32,000 bases of DNA, taken from positions 156,418 to 188,417 of the forward strand of contig JBBISB010000001.1 of NCBI GenBank assembly GCA_037441475.1, read 5' to 3'. The stretch is from Candidatus Iainarchaeum sp. (GTDB lineage: Archaea > Iainarchaeota > Iainarchaeia > Iainarchaeales > CSSED10-239). Shown piece after piece: positions 16,660 to 24,987 of this stretch. The translations under genes were made by a program, and so were the position numbers. The first letter of the stretch is position 1; every line of letters starts with the position of its first letter. Below the pieces are notes generated by a model. The model was not told where the DNA came from. It saw only the letters and a list, made by a program, of their open reading frames with translations, and made no database searches.

Positions 16660-17733
16660 TTAAAACGCCCTTGATTCTCTTCTTGGAAGACGAAGACCAA
16701 CTCTTTTTGTCTTTTCTAAAACATTTCTAACAATTAAATCTATTTCTTGTATTTTTAATCTACTTTGAAGATCACTCTCTATTAAAGGAGCAGGGTAGAT
16801 ATATCTTTTGTTAAACGAAGAAACTGAAGAGATGTTTGAAACAATAAAGTCAGTATACTCCTTTAAAGACAAACCAAACTCCTTAAAGTAAATAAACTCT
16901 ATCCTTAAAGGATAGTCCTCTTCTGAAAGCTTTAAGTAACAAACATAAAGGTTTTCATAAATCTCTTTTGGAAAATCCTTTAATATAGGGTGCTCCTTTA
17001 AGTCCTCTGCATACTTAAAAACACATGTTCTTTGATTTTTAGAAAGTAAAGAGAAAACTAAAAATGAATCAGATAAGTTATACTCAATCTCCTCTTTTAT
17101 ATAATTATTTTTTAAAATATTAAAGAAACGATCAGCTCTAGAGTCTTCAATACATCCTACAAGAAAAATCTTTCTTTCTTTAAATATATTATATAAAGAA
17201 ATAAATAACTCTATTAAAGAAGAATAATCTTTAAAAAATTTAGAATCCTTTGAAGGTTTTGAAAGATACTGTGGGATAATAGATCCATCCATTAACATAA
17301 AGTCTAATTTTTTTGTTTTTTCAATAATCTCTTTTGAAAGAGATAGTTCTTTTTTAAGTCTTAAAATAGAGGTGTTCCAAATAATCTCTTCAACCTCTAA
17401 AGAAGAAGTGGTTAAGTATGGTTTTGGAAGGTTATAGGTTTTTGGAAAGTATTTAACAGAAGAAAGTTTTGAGTCCTTGTAATTAAAAACAGCACCTGCT
17501 TCTTTAATGATTATTAGGTTTGCAAAATTAAATTGCTTGTTTACAAAACCAGAATCAACTCCTGCAAAACTTAGGTTTTGATTTTTTTCAATGGTTATTG
17601 GGTTTACTATTTTTTCTTCTTTGTTATAAGGAGATTGATTGATAAAAAGATTATTCTTTTTAAAGATAGAAACAATCTTTTGATTTCTTTCATGTGTCTT
17701 TAAAATCAAGTTAATAATATTTTCTTCAATCAT
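16660..17733 (-). CDS. nurA: NurA-domain 5'-3' nuclease homolog (357 aa)
   Basis: Motifs are spaced as in the NurA family: FAGVDSGF (N-terminal catalytic Asp), LMDGSIIP (D-G-S motif), LVGCIEDSRADRF, and C-terminal YPAPLIESDLQSRL (YP.pL..[HD] motif). Its stop is 3 nt from the start of the kinase-like ORF. Confidence 0.7.
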   Translation of the reverse strand: MIEENIINLILKTHERNQKIVSIFKKNNLFINQSPYNKEEKIVNPITIEKNQNLSFAGVDSGFVNKQFNFANLIIIKEAGAVFNYKDSKLSSVKYFPKTYNLPKPYLTTSSLEVEEIIWNTSILRLKKELSLSKEIIEKTKKLDFMLMDGSIIPQYLSKPSKDSKFFKDYSSLIELFISLYNIFKERKIFLVGCIEDSRADRFFNILKNNYIKEEIEYNLSDSFLVFSLLSKNQRTCVFKYAEDLKEHPILKDFPKEIYENLYVCYLKLSEEDYPLRIEFIYFKEFGLSLKEYTDFIVSNISSVSSFNKRYIYPAPLIESDLQSRLKIQEIDLIVRNVLEKTKRVGLRLPRRESRAF

Positions 17734-17844
17734 TTTTTTATACCTTATAAATTATTTAAAGTAACTTTTCTTTTTAAAAAATATTAACGTCCATTTAAAC
17801 AAATTATTTTATCATAAACATTTTTTTAAAAGAAAGATTATAAT

Positions 17845-18750
17845 CTACATTGCTTCAAGTCTTTTAATTCTTTCTTCAATTGGAGGATGTGTTGCAAACA
17901 TTCCTGAAAGACCTCTTCCTCTAAAAGGATTTGCTATGTAAAGATGAGCTGTTCCTCTTGATGCTGCCTGTACAGGGACATTAACACCAGATATTTTTCT
18001 TAAAGCATTTGCAAGACCTTTAGGGTATCTTGTCATCTCAGCTCCAAAAGCATCAGCTAAATACTCTCTTTTTCTTGAAATTGACATCTGTATCATTGCC
18101 CCAATTATTGGAGAAAGAATAACAAAGATAACAGCAATGATTAAGAGAACAGGACTTCTATTATCATTTCCTCCTCTTGCACCACCAAAAATAATACCTC
18201 TTAAAGCAATATCTGAAACCATCATTACAAGTCCAAAAAGAACAGTTGCCATTGTCATAACCTTAATATCTCTGTTTTTAATGTGGGATAGTTCATGAGC
18301 AATAACACCTTCAAGCTCCTCTCTGTTTAAAACTTCTAAAAGACCAAAGGTTACTGCAACTGAAGAGTGTTTAGGATTTCTTCCTGTTGCAAAGGCATTA
18401 GGAGATTTATCCTCAATTATATACACTTTTGGTTTTGGAAGACCAGAAGCCATTGAAAGACCTTCAACTAAGTTATCTAAAAATTTATGTTTTGGATATT
18501 TATCAGGCTCTATTGGTTTTGCTCTTGAAGTTGCTAGAACAATCTTATCTCCTGCGTAGTAACCTACCAAAGCATAGATTATTGCAAAGAAACCAGCAAA
18601 GAAAAGTATACCTACCCCAAAGTCTGAAAAGATATAGTTTAAGGCAACACCAATAATACCTATGAAAACAAAAAAGAAGAAAAATAACATATATGTCTTT
18701 AAATTATTATTTCTTACTTCTCTATAAAAATCAGTTTTGTAACCAGTCAT
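17845..18750 (-). CDS. htpX: HtpX-family M48 zinc metalloprotease (301 aa)
   Basis: HELSHIKNRD (HExxH) motif, four TM segments in HtpX topology, and a conserved C-terminal THPPIEERIKRL. Confidence 0.9.
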   Translation of the reverse strand: MTGYKTDFYREVRNNNLKTYMLFFFFFVFIGIIGVALNYIFSDFGVGILFFAGFFAIIYALVGYYAGDKIVLATSRAKPIEPDKYPKHKFLDNLVEGLSMASGLPKPKVYIIEDKSPNAFATGRNPKHSSVAVTFGLLEVLNREELEGVIAHELSHIKNRDIKVMTMATVLFGLVMMVSDIALRGIIFGGARGGNDNRSPVLLIIAVIFVILSPIIGAMIQMSISRKREYLADAFGAEMTRYPKGLANALRKISGVNVPVQAASRGTAHLYIANPFRGRGLSGMFATHPPIEERIKRLEAM

Positions 18751-18850
18751 TTATCATCACGTTTTTTCGTTATTTTTTTATAAACCTTTTTTTTAAACAC
18801 ATATAATTAGTACATATAATATATATGTAAACAAATATAAAAAGATATTC

Positions 18851-19840
18851 TTATTTTAAAAGAGTTGAATTTAGGGAGCTAACACAGTTTGCATCAATTC
18901 CTAACTTCATTTCAATACTTTTTGCAAAGTCCTTTGTAAACCCATGTATGGTAAACACCTTTTTAGGGTTAACCTGGTTTATAAAATCAAGAAGAGAATT
19001 ATAGTCACAATGATCAGAGACAGGCACAAGGTTTGCACCAATTGAGTATTTCCAACCTGTTAAGACATAGGAGGATATTTTTTTAAAGATTTGATGTTCT
19101 AAACTTTTTATTAAATTAGGGCTCATTAAAGATAAAGGCATAACTAAGACATCTGAAGAATGTATGTTGTAATCAAGAAGAGTAAACTTAAGATTATTAG
19201 AATGGTTATTGTATACTTGAGAATATCTAAAAGTATCTTTATCAACCAAAGGTGTAACTTTTAAGTATTCGTTTAGAAAAGAAATAATCTCTTGATTTTT
19301 ACCTAAGGAATAACCTGCAAGGATTACAAACTTGTTTTCAAAAAGATCTTGTTTTATTTTTTTAAAAAGATCATCATAAACTAAACTTCTTTCAGGAAAA
19401 CTAAACTCCTCTCTTCCAAAGGTTGAATCAATAACTAAAATATCTGCATTAACTGGTTTTGCACCTTTTAAAAGTAAAGAGGTTTTTGTGTTAAAGTCTC
19501 CTGTATAAAGTAGAGATTTTTTTTCATCTTCAAATAAAAACATTGAGCTTCCTAAAATATGTCCAGCATTTAAAGCAGTTACTTTTAAGTTATCTGTTAT
19601 AGAGACTTGTTCATTATACTTTACTTCTTGAAAATTAAATTTATTATTATCATACCTTCCCTCTAAAAGATCAATTGTTTCTTTAGTTGCAAATGTCTTT
19701 TGAGAGGTATTACAAACATGATCTGTATGTGCATGTGTTAAAAATAAATATTCGTCTATTGAACATGCTTTTGTTTGATCTAAATTTATTTTTAGGTTAT
19801 CTTTTAGGATACTAAAAAAGGAAGAATATTCAAATTTCAT
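18851..19840 (-). CDS. Metallo-beta-lactamase fold nuclease of the beta-CASP family (329 aa)
   Basis: MBL motifs are HAHTDH, NAGHILGS and YTGDF. beta-CASP motifs are A (VIDSTFG), B (VSDHCD) and C (FTIHG). Its size and motif set resemble the short archaeal and ligase-associated beta-CASP exonucleases. The substrate (DNA or RNA) cannot be told from the sequence. Confidence 0.8.
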   Translation of the reverse strand: MKFEYSSFFSILKDNLKINLDQTKACSIDEYLFLTHAHTDHVCNTSQKTFATKETIDLLEGRYDNNKFNFQEVKYNEQVSITDNLKVTALNAGHILGSSMFLFEDEKKSLLYTGDFNTKTSLLLKGAKPVNADILVIDSTFGREEFSFPERSLVYDDLFKKIKQDLFENKFVILAGYSLGKNQEIISFLNEYLKVTPLVDKDTFRYSQVYNNHSNNLKFTLLDYNIHSSDVLVMPLSLMSPNLIKSLEHQIFKKISSYVLTGWKYSIGANLVPVSDHCDYNSLLDFINQVNPKKVFTIHGFTKDFAKSIEMKLGIDANCVSSLNSTLLK

Positions 19841-19887
19841 ATTTAGATCATTTTTGTCTATATTTTTTAATAAAAATAGATATTAAA

Positions 19888-20096
19888 TGGGGACACCGGG
19901 ATTCGAACCCGGGTCTACAGGTTTCTCCTATTCTAATTTCACTTCTCTAAATTTAATTAGATTAAAATAAAATTAAACAAACCTGTAAGCTATCAATCAT
20001 CTGTTTTTTTTAAAAAAACATCTTGCGATCCAGATTAATTATCAAAGATAAAAATATCTGGAGCCTGTAAGGTTAACCTGGCTACCCCATGTCCCC
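19888..20096 (-). tRNA. trnW: tRNA-Trp (anticodon CCA) interrupted by a 135-nt intron at the canonical 37/38 position
   Basis: Hand-folded cloverleaf. Acceptor GGGGACA/TGTCCCC. U8. D stem GGGT/ACCT with a loop containing GG. Anticodon stem ACAGG/CCTGT. Loop C-U-CCA-G-A. 4-nt variable region. T arm CCGGG-TTCGAAT-CCCGG. Discriminator A73. No CCA is encoded. The 5' exon is 20058..20096 (39 nt) and the 3' exon is 19888..19922 (35 nt). Confidence 0.85.
19923..20057 (-). other. tRNA-Trp intron (135 nt) with a canonical helix-bulge-helix-bulge-helix splice motif
   Basis: Anticodon stem, then 3-nt bulge AAA, then a 4-bp helix CUCC/GGAG, then 3-nt bulge AGA, then helix UAUU/AAUA. Cleavage after the second nucleotide of each bulge gives exactly G37 and A38. 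Confidence 0.8.
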
Positions 20097-20121
20097 CATT
20101 TAATAAATATATACAATAAAG

Positions 20122-20130
20122 TATTTATAT
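20122..20130 (-). promoter_or_regulatory. Candidate archaeal TATA box for the tRNA-Trp gene
   Basis: The minus strand reads ATATAAATA, centred about 27-30 nt upstream of tRNA position 1 (20096). That is the expected TATA-to-TSS spacing. In an AT-rich context specificity is weak. Confidence 0.35.
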
Positions 20131-20176
20131 GTTTGTGAAAAATAAAAAATAAATAGAAAAAGAAAAAAAAGAAAAA

Positions 20177-20734
20177 TTAGAAAGAAACCTTAACGTTCTT
20201 TCTTTCTTCTGCTGGAGCCTCAAAGAATACTTCCTTCTTGAAATTAAACATACTTGCAAAGATGTTTGATGGAAACATTTCTATCTTGTTGTTATATAAC
20301 ATAACAGAGTCATTATAGAATTGTCTTGCGTATGCTATTTTGTTTTCAATACCTGCAAGCTCTTCTTGAAGCATTAAAAAGTTTTGACTTGCTTTTAAGT
20401 CAGGATAGTTTTCAACAGCAATGTTAAGTCCTGATAAAGCTCTTGAAAGTTCGTTGTTTGCTTTAGCTTTCATTGTCATATCAGTAGCACTCATTGCTTG
20501 TGATCTTAGTTGAGTAATCTTTGTAAAAGTCTCTTTTTCATGTTTCATGTATCCTTTAACAGTCTCAATTAAGTTTGGAACAAGATCGTATCTTTTCTTT
20601 AATTGAACATCGATCTGACTCCATGAGTTTTTAACTCTGTTTCTTAATCTTACAAGACTATTGTAGATACCAAAGACAATTAAAAAAAGAACACCAACTA
20701 TGATTAAAATTATTATCCAAGTTGCCATAGTCAT
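20177..20734 (-). CDS. lemA: LemA family membrane protein (185 aa)
   Basis: N-terminal TM helix, then the characteristic LemA sequence YNSLVRLRNRVKNSWSQIDVQLKKRYDLVPNLIETVKGY...FYNDSVMLYNNKIEMFPSNIFA. Confidence 0.9.
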   Translation of the reverse strand: MTMATWIIILIIVGVLFLIVFGIYNSLVRLRNRVKNSWSQIDVQLKKRYDLVPNLIETVKGYMKHEKETFTKITQLRSQAMSATDMTMKAKANNELSRALSGLNIAVENYPDLKASQNFLMLQEELAGIENKIAYARQFYNDSVMLYNNKIEMFPSNIFASMFNFKKEVFFEAPAEERKNVKVSF

Positions 20735-20919
20735 TCTCCCCCGTTTAGATACCTATTTTACTTTATAAAAAGTCTTTTGTTTTTGTTAATATTATATATT
20801 ATAGATAAAAAAGAATAAAAACAAATGTTTTTTGTAACGTACAATTATTTTTTGTAAAGTGCTATTTTTCCTTGTTATTTTTAAGATGTTTATATATTAA
20901 AAAAGAAAAAGAAGAAAAA

Positions 20920-21165
20920 TTATCCAAGATAACAATCTTCTGGACAATTTAATGGTGTTTCTCCGATAGCATAGTTACAGTCTAAGTCTCCACAATAAGG
21001 GGCAACTGAAAACTGTTTCTTTGCACTATACATGCTACCATTTACATAATAATTTTCTTTTAAATCCTTACTACTTAAGGAAACAAAGAAGATATTTGTA
21101 AAGATAAAGATAGCAATTGTAGCTACGGATATTAAAACCATTCCTTTCTGTCTGTTGTTAGGCAT
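20920..21165 (-). CDS. Small type IV pilin-like protein (81 aa from ATG 21165) with a Cys-rich C-terminal motif
   Basis: ATG at 21165 is preceded by GGAGG with a 7-nt spacer (GTGGAGGAATAAATATG). The track's TTG start at 21192 would place this SD inside the coding sequence. The N-terminus MPNNRQKG/MVLISVATIAIFIFTNIFFV fits the archaeal class III signal pattern: [KR]-G, then a hydrophobic helix. The C-terminus is YCGDLDCNYAIGETPLNCPEDCYLG. Confidence 0.6.
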   Translation of the reverse strand: MPNNRQKGMVLISVATIAIFIFTNIFFVSLSSKDLKENYYVNGSMYSAKKQFSVAPYCGDLDCNYAIGETPLNCPEDCYLG

Positions 21166-21207
21166 ATTTATTCCTCCACTGTATGAAATCAAGTTTTTGA
21201 AAGTTTT

Positions 21208-21259
21208 TTTAAATTACAAAGGGTATTTATCTGTATGAACATTTTGTTTGTAATTTAAA
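21208..21259. repeat. Perfect 13-bp inverted repeat (TTTAAATTACAAA / TTTGTAATTTAAA) with a 26-nt spacer
   Basis: Read directly: 21208..21220 and 21247..21259 are exact reverse complements. The element lies 16-67 nt upstream of the track's TTG start for the pilin-like gene (43-94 nt upstream of ATG 21165). Confidence 0.5.
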
Positions 21260-21581
21260 CTTTGGTTTTCTAAAAAAAGTCTTTTTTAGGAATTAAAGAG
21301 TAAATCAAATATATTATAAAAAGAACTGCTTTAGTTATCAAACCATTTTCTCGTAATGGTTTACAAATCAAAAAATAATTATGTAAAGATAAATTATAAA
21401 AAATTAAAAAGTTATTTTTTAGTTATGTAAAAAAAGTCTTTTTAATTATATTTAATATTTAAAGAGAAATAAAATATTAAATTTTTTTAAAAATAAAATT
21501 TATTTTTTGTAGAAAATTTAAAAAATATTTATTTTTTTAAAAAAAAGAAGAATTTAAAAAAAAGAAAAAGAGAAAAAAAAT

Positions 21582-21827
21582 CTATTTTCTAGATTTTTTA
21601 ATTAACTTTGGGAATATAGACTTATTCTTTGGTTTTTCTTTTAAAGCATCCTTTGGTTTATTTCCTATTGCTCTACTCAGCCTTACAAAACCACTACTTT
21701 TACCTTTTGTAACACCAACCTCAGCATACATAGAAAATTTTCCATTAACATTTGGTTTTAAGAAAAAACCAACATTAACATCAGGAGCTTTTTTACCCTT
21801 TTGACCAAAGACACCTATGTAAGGCAC
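21582..21827 (-). CDS. Hypothetical basic protein (81 aa, GTG start), possibly the C-terminal continuation of the upstream ORF
   Basis: The ORF is in the same frame as 21846..22529, separated only by TAA plus 6 sense codons. It has no ATG start. Beta-strand-like alternating pattern (FSMYAEVGVTKGKSSGFVRLSRAIG) followed by a Lys-rich tail. Confidence 0.4.
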   Translation of the reverse strand: MPYIGVFGQKGKKAPDVNVGFFLKPNVNGKFSMYAEVGVTKGKSSGFVRLSRAIGNKPKDALKEKPKNKSIFPKLIKKSRK

Positions 21828-21845
21828 AAAAATTATCTTTTTTAC

Positions 21846-22529
21846 TTAAATCCATATATCCTTGTAAACCAAATAAGCATTCTTTAATTTAGCATTACTT
21901 TGATTAACAACTCTTAAAGAGCCAGTTAATTTTTTAGATAACTTAAACTCTTGAATTATATCATACTGAGATAATTTTTTACCATCTGGGAAAGTTAAAG
22001 AAATACCAGTAGAAGTATTCTTAGTAGAAGCAGTTGCTTGTAAAACCACATCAGAAAGAACAAAAGAATTAAGTTTTTGATTATAGCCAAGCCTTAAGTC
22101 TATAGGTGTGTTTAAAACCTTTGAAAGATTCATAGCTAAATATATCTGTTCATATGCTTTCTTACTTACAGGTTTATTATCTATTATATAGTTATTACTG
22201 CCTACCTCAACACCTACATTATAAGTTCCAGAAAAAAGTTTATTTGAAATATCTCTACCATATCTATATTCAAAATTTGACATTAAAAAATCTAAAGAAC
22301 TTTTATCTATATTCTGTATTAAAAAAGTATTTGAGTGAATAGAATGTCCAGCACCTTCAACAATAGGAGTTATTGATTTATCTCTAATTCCTGATAGCTC
22401 TTGACCAGACAATTTACTTGAACCAACAGAAATAGTTCCTAAAGCAACAGCTGTTGCTGTTACTTTTCTAGGATCTTGTAGAAATGATTTTATAAAAGAT
22501 ATTTTATCTTTGAAATTAATAATAATCAC
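21846..22529 (-). CDS. Hypothetical protein (227 aa), start overlapping the ppsA stop
   Basis: The GTG start overlaps the ppsA TGA stop (GTGA, 22526..22529), suggesting co-transcription. No recognisable motif. The C-terminal half looks beta-rich. Confidence 0.55.
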   Translation of the reverse strand: MIIINFKDKISFIKSFLQDPRKVTATAVALGTISVGSSKLSGQELSGIRDKSITPIVEGAGHSIHSNTFLIQNIDKSSLDFLMSNFEYRYGRDISNKLFSGTYNVGVEVGSNNYIIDNKPVSKKAYEQIYLAMNLSKVLNTPIDLRLGYNQKLNSFVLSDVVLQATASTKNTSTGISLTFPDGKKLSQYDIIQEFKLSKKLTGSLRVVNQSNAKLKNAYLVYKDIWI

Positions 22530-24928
22530 CTTTTCTTTTCTTTATTTGAAACTAAGATCTTTGTCTTAATTAAAGTATCTGGGTTTAGACTCATAGAATC
22601 AATGCCAATAGATACTAAAAATTCAGCAAAGTCAGGATAATCAGATGGAGCTTGACCACAGATACCTATATACTTGTTCTTCTTCTTTGCAATCTTTACA
22701 ACATTTGTTATAAGCTCTTTAACAGCTGGATTTCTTTCATCATAAATACTTGCAACAATCTCTGAGTTTCTATCAAGACCTAAAGTTAACTGTGTTAAGT
22801 CATTTGAACCTATGGAAAAACCATCAAAGACATCTAAAAACTCATCAGCTAAAATAACATTTGAAGGAATCTCACACATACCAATAACTTTTAAACCATT
22901 CTTACCTTTTTCTAAACCATTCTTCTTAAGTTCAGCAATTACTTTTTTAGCTTCCTCAACAGTTCTACAAAAAGGTATCATAACCTCTAGATTTACAAGA
23001 CCCATCTCCTCTCTTACCTTTTTTATAGCCCTACACTCTAAAGCAAAACCTTCTCTGTAGTTACCTTGGTAATATTTTGAAGCTCCTCTCCACCCTATCA
23101 TTGGATTAGATTCAATTGGTTCATATTCTTTTCCACCAATTAAATTTGCATACTCATCAGACTTAAAGTCAGAGGTTCTTAAGATAACTTTCTTAGGGTA
23201 GAAGGCAGCTGCTATTCTTGCTATACCTTGAGCTAATTTATCTACAAAGTACTCAACCTTATCATCATAACCTAAAGTAAGTTTATCAATTTCTTCTTTA
23301 ACAGCTCTATCTTTTATTTTATTATAATTGATTAAAGCTAAAGGGTGTATCTTTATCCAAGAATCAATAATAAACTCCTCTCTTGCAAGACCAACACCAT
23401 CTGAAGATAAGAAAGATTGTTCAAAGGCTTGTTCAGGGTTTCCAATATTTAACATTATTTTTGTTTTTGTTGTTGGTATCTTTTCAATATCTTGAACCTC
23501 TTTTTTAAACTTTAAGGTGCCTTGGTAAACATAACCATAATCTCCTGAAGAACAGTCAATGGTTATTAAAGATTTATCTTTTATTTTTAAGGTAGAATCT
23601 ATTGTTCCAACAATACATGGTATACCTAATTCTCTTGCGATGATTGCGGCATGACAAGTTTTTCCACCTTTGTTTGTAACAATACCTGCTGCTATTTTCA
23701 TAATAGGTACCCAATCAGGGTCTGTCATTTCTGTTATTAAGATATCTCCTTTCTTAAACTTATTAATATCTTTAACATCTTTGATAATTGAGGCAGTTCC
23801 TGTTGCTATCTTTTGGCCTATTGAAATACCAGAAACAATTGGTTCTTTCTTATCTAAGATTGAGTATGTTTCTATTTTGTTTAAATTTTTATTAGATTGT
23901 ACTGTTTCTGGTCTTGCTTGAACAATGTATAGTTTCTTTGTTAAACCATCAATTGCCCATTCCATGTCCATTGGTTTATAGTAGCCAGCTTTCTCTGAAT
24001 AATAGTCTTCTATAATGCATGCCCATTTTGCTAAAGTTAAAACATCTTTGTCACTTACACAGTATTTGTTTCTTTCTGCAATCTCAACGTTTATGTTTTT
24101 AACAGGTTTATTACCTTGAGTATCATAAACCATTCTTATTGCTTTTTCTCCAAGTCTTTTTGAAATAATTGCATTTTTACCTTGCTTTAATGTAGGCTTA
24201 AAAATCATGAATTCATCAGGGTTAACAGCACCTTGAACAACATTCTCTCCTAAACCATAAGCACCGTTAATAACAACAACATCTTTAAAACCAGTTTCAG
24301 TATCTATTGAAAACATTACACCTGAAGAAGCTACATCACTTCTTACCATTTTTTGAACAGTTATTGAAAGTGCAACTTTTGTGTGATCAAATTTCTTTTC
24401 AACCCTGTAAGCTATTGCTCTGTTTGTGAAAAGAGAGGCAAAACATTTTCTGCAGGCATCAAGAAGTTCCTCTGGACCTTTGATGTTAAGATATGTTTCT
24501 TGTTGTCCAGCAAATGAAGCATCAGGTAAGTCTTCAGCAGTAGCTGAGGATCTTACAGCAACATCAAGTTCTTTTGTGTTTTCAGATTTTGAAAGTTTAT
24601 GATAAGCATCAATTATTTGTTTTTCAAGATCTTTTGGTATCTCTGCATTTCTTATTAATTTTCTTATGTGTGAGCCTTTTTCTGCAAGAGAAGTTAAGTT
24701 ATTTACATCTAAGTTCTTTAAAGAAGAGGTTATTACTTGTGAGATTTTGTCTTTTTCAAGTAGGTATCTATAAGCATCAGCTGTTATTGCAAAACCATTA
24801 GGAATAGCTACACCTTTTTTAGTTAAATTTCTATACATCTCTCCTAAAGATGCGTTTTTTCCTCCAACTACAGGAACATCTTCAATTGAGATTTCTGAAA
24901 ACCATAAAATATATTTTTCTTTATTCAT
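22526..24928 (-). CDS. ppsA: Phosphoenolpyruvate synthase (pyruvate, water dikinase), 800 aa
   Basis: Full-length three-domain architecture: an N-terminal ATP-grasp (GGKNASLGEM), the phosphohistidine swivel motif GGKTCHAAIIARELGIPCIVG, and a C-terminal PEP-utilising TIM barrel (GSNDLTQLTLG). Confidence 0.95.
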   Translation of the reverse strand: MNKEKYILWFSEISIEDVPVVGGKNASLGEMYRNLTKKGVAIPNGFAITADAYRYLLEKDKISQVITSSLKNLDVNNLTSLAEKGSHIRKLIRNAEIPKDLEKQIIDAYHKLSKSENTKELDVAVRSSATAEDLPDASFAGQQETYLNIKGPEELLDACRKCFASLFTNRAIAYRVEKKFDHTKVALSITVQKMVRSDVASSGVMFSIDTETGFKDVVVINGAYGLGENVVQGAVNPDEFMIFKPTLKQGKNAIISKRLGEKAIRMVYDTQGNKPVKNINVEIAERNKYCVSDKDVLTLAKWACIIEDYYSEKAGYYKPMDMEWAIDGLTKKLYIVQARPETVQSNKNLNKIETYSILDKKEPIVSGISIGQKIATGTASIIKDVKDINKFKKGDILITEMTDPDWVPIMKIAAGIVTNKGGKTCHAAIIARELGIPCIVGTIDSTLKIKDKSLITIDCSSGDYGYVYQGTLKFKKEVQDIEKIPTTKTKIMLNIGNPEQAFEQSFLSSDGVGLAREEFIIDSWIKIHPLALINYNKIKDRAVKEEIDKLTLGYDDKVEYFVDKLAQGIARIAAAFYPKKVILRTSDFKSDEYANLIGGKEYEPIESNPMIGWRGASKYYQGNYREGFALECRAIKKVREEMGLVNLEVMIPFCRTVEEAKKVIAELKKNGLEKGKNGLKVIGMCEIPSNVILADEFLDVFDGFSIGSNDLTQLTLGLDRNSEIVASIYDERNPAVKELITNVVKIAKKKNKYIGICGQAPSDYPDFAEFLVSIGIDSMSLNPDTLIKTKILVSNKEKKR

Positions 24929-24987
24929 ATCTTTATCACACCATTTATTATTTTTAATAATATAATATACCTTCTATTTTAAAAGGT

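Noticed and set aside
19923-20057. Calling the tRNA-Trp intron a bona fide box C/D guide RNA
   Set aside because: No canonical RUGAUGA or CUGA boxes are present, and the distance from the guide nucleotides to the candidate boxes violates the N+5 rule. I kept it only as a hypothesis in the findings.
21166-21192. TTG start at 21192 for the small pilin-like gene (90-aa version in the ORF track)
   Set aside because: That start would translate through the GGAGG Shine-Dalgarno sequence. The ATG at 21165, with a 7-nt spacer from GGAGG, gives a much better class III signal peptide geometry.
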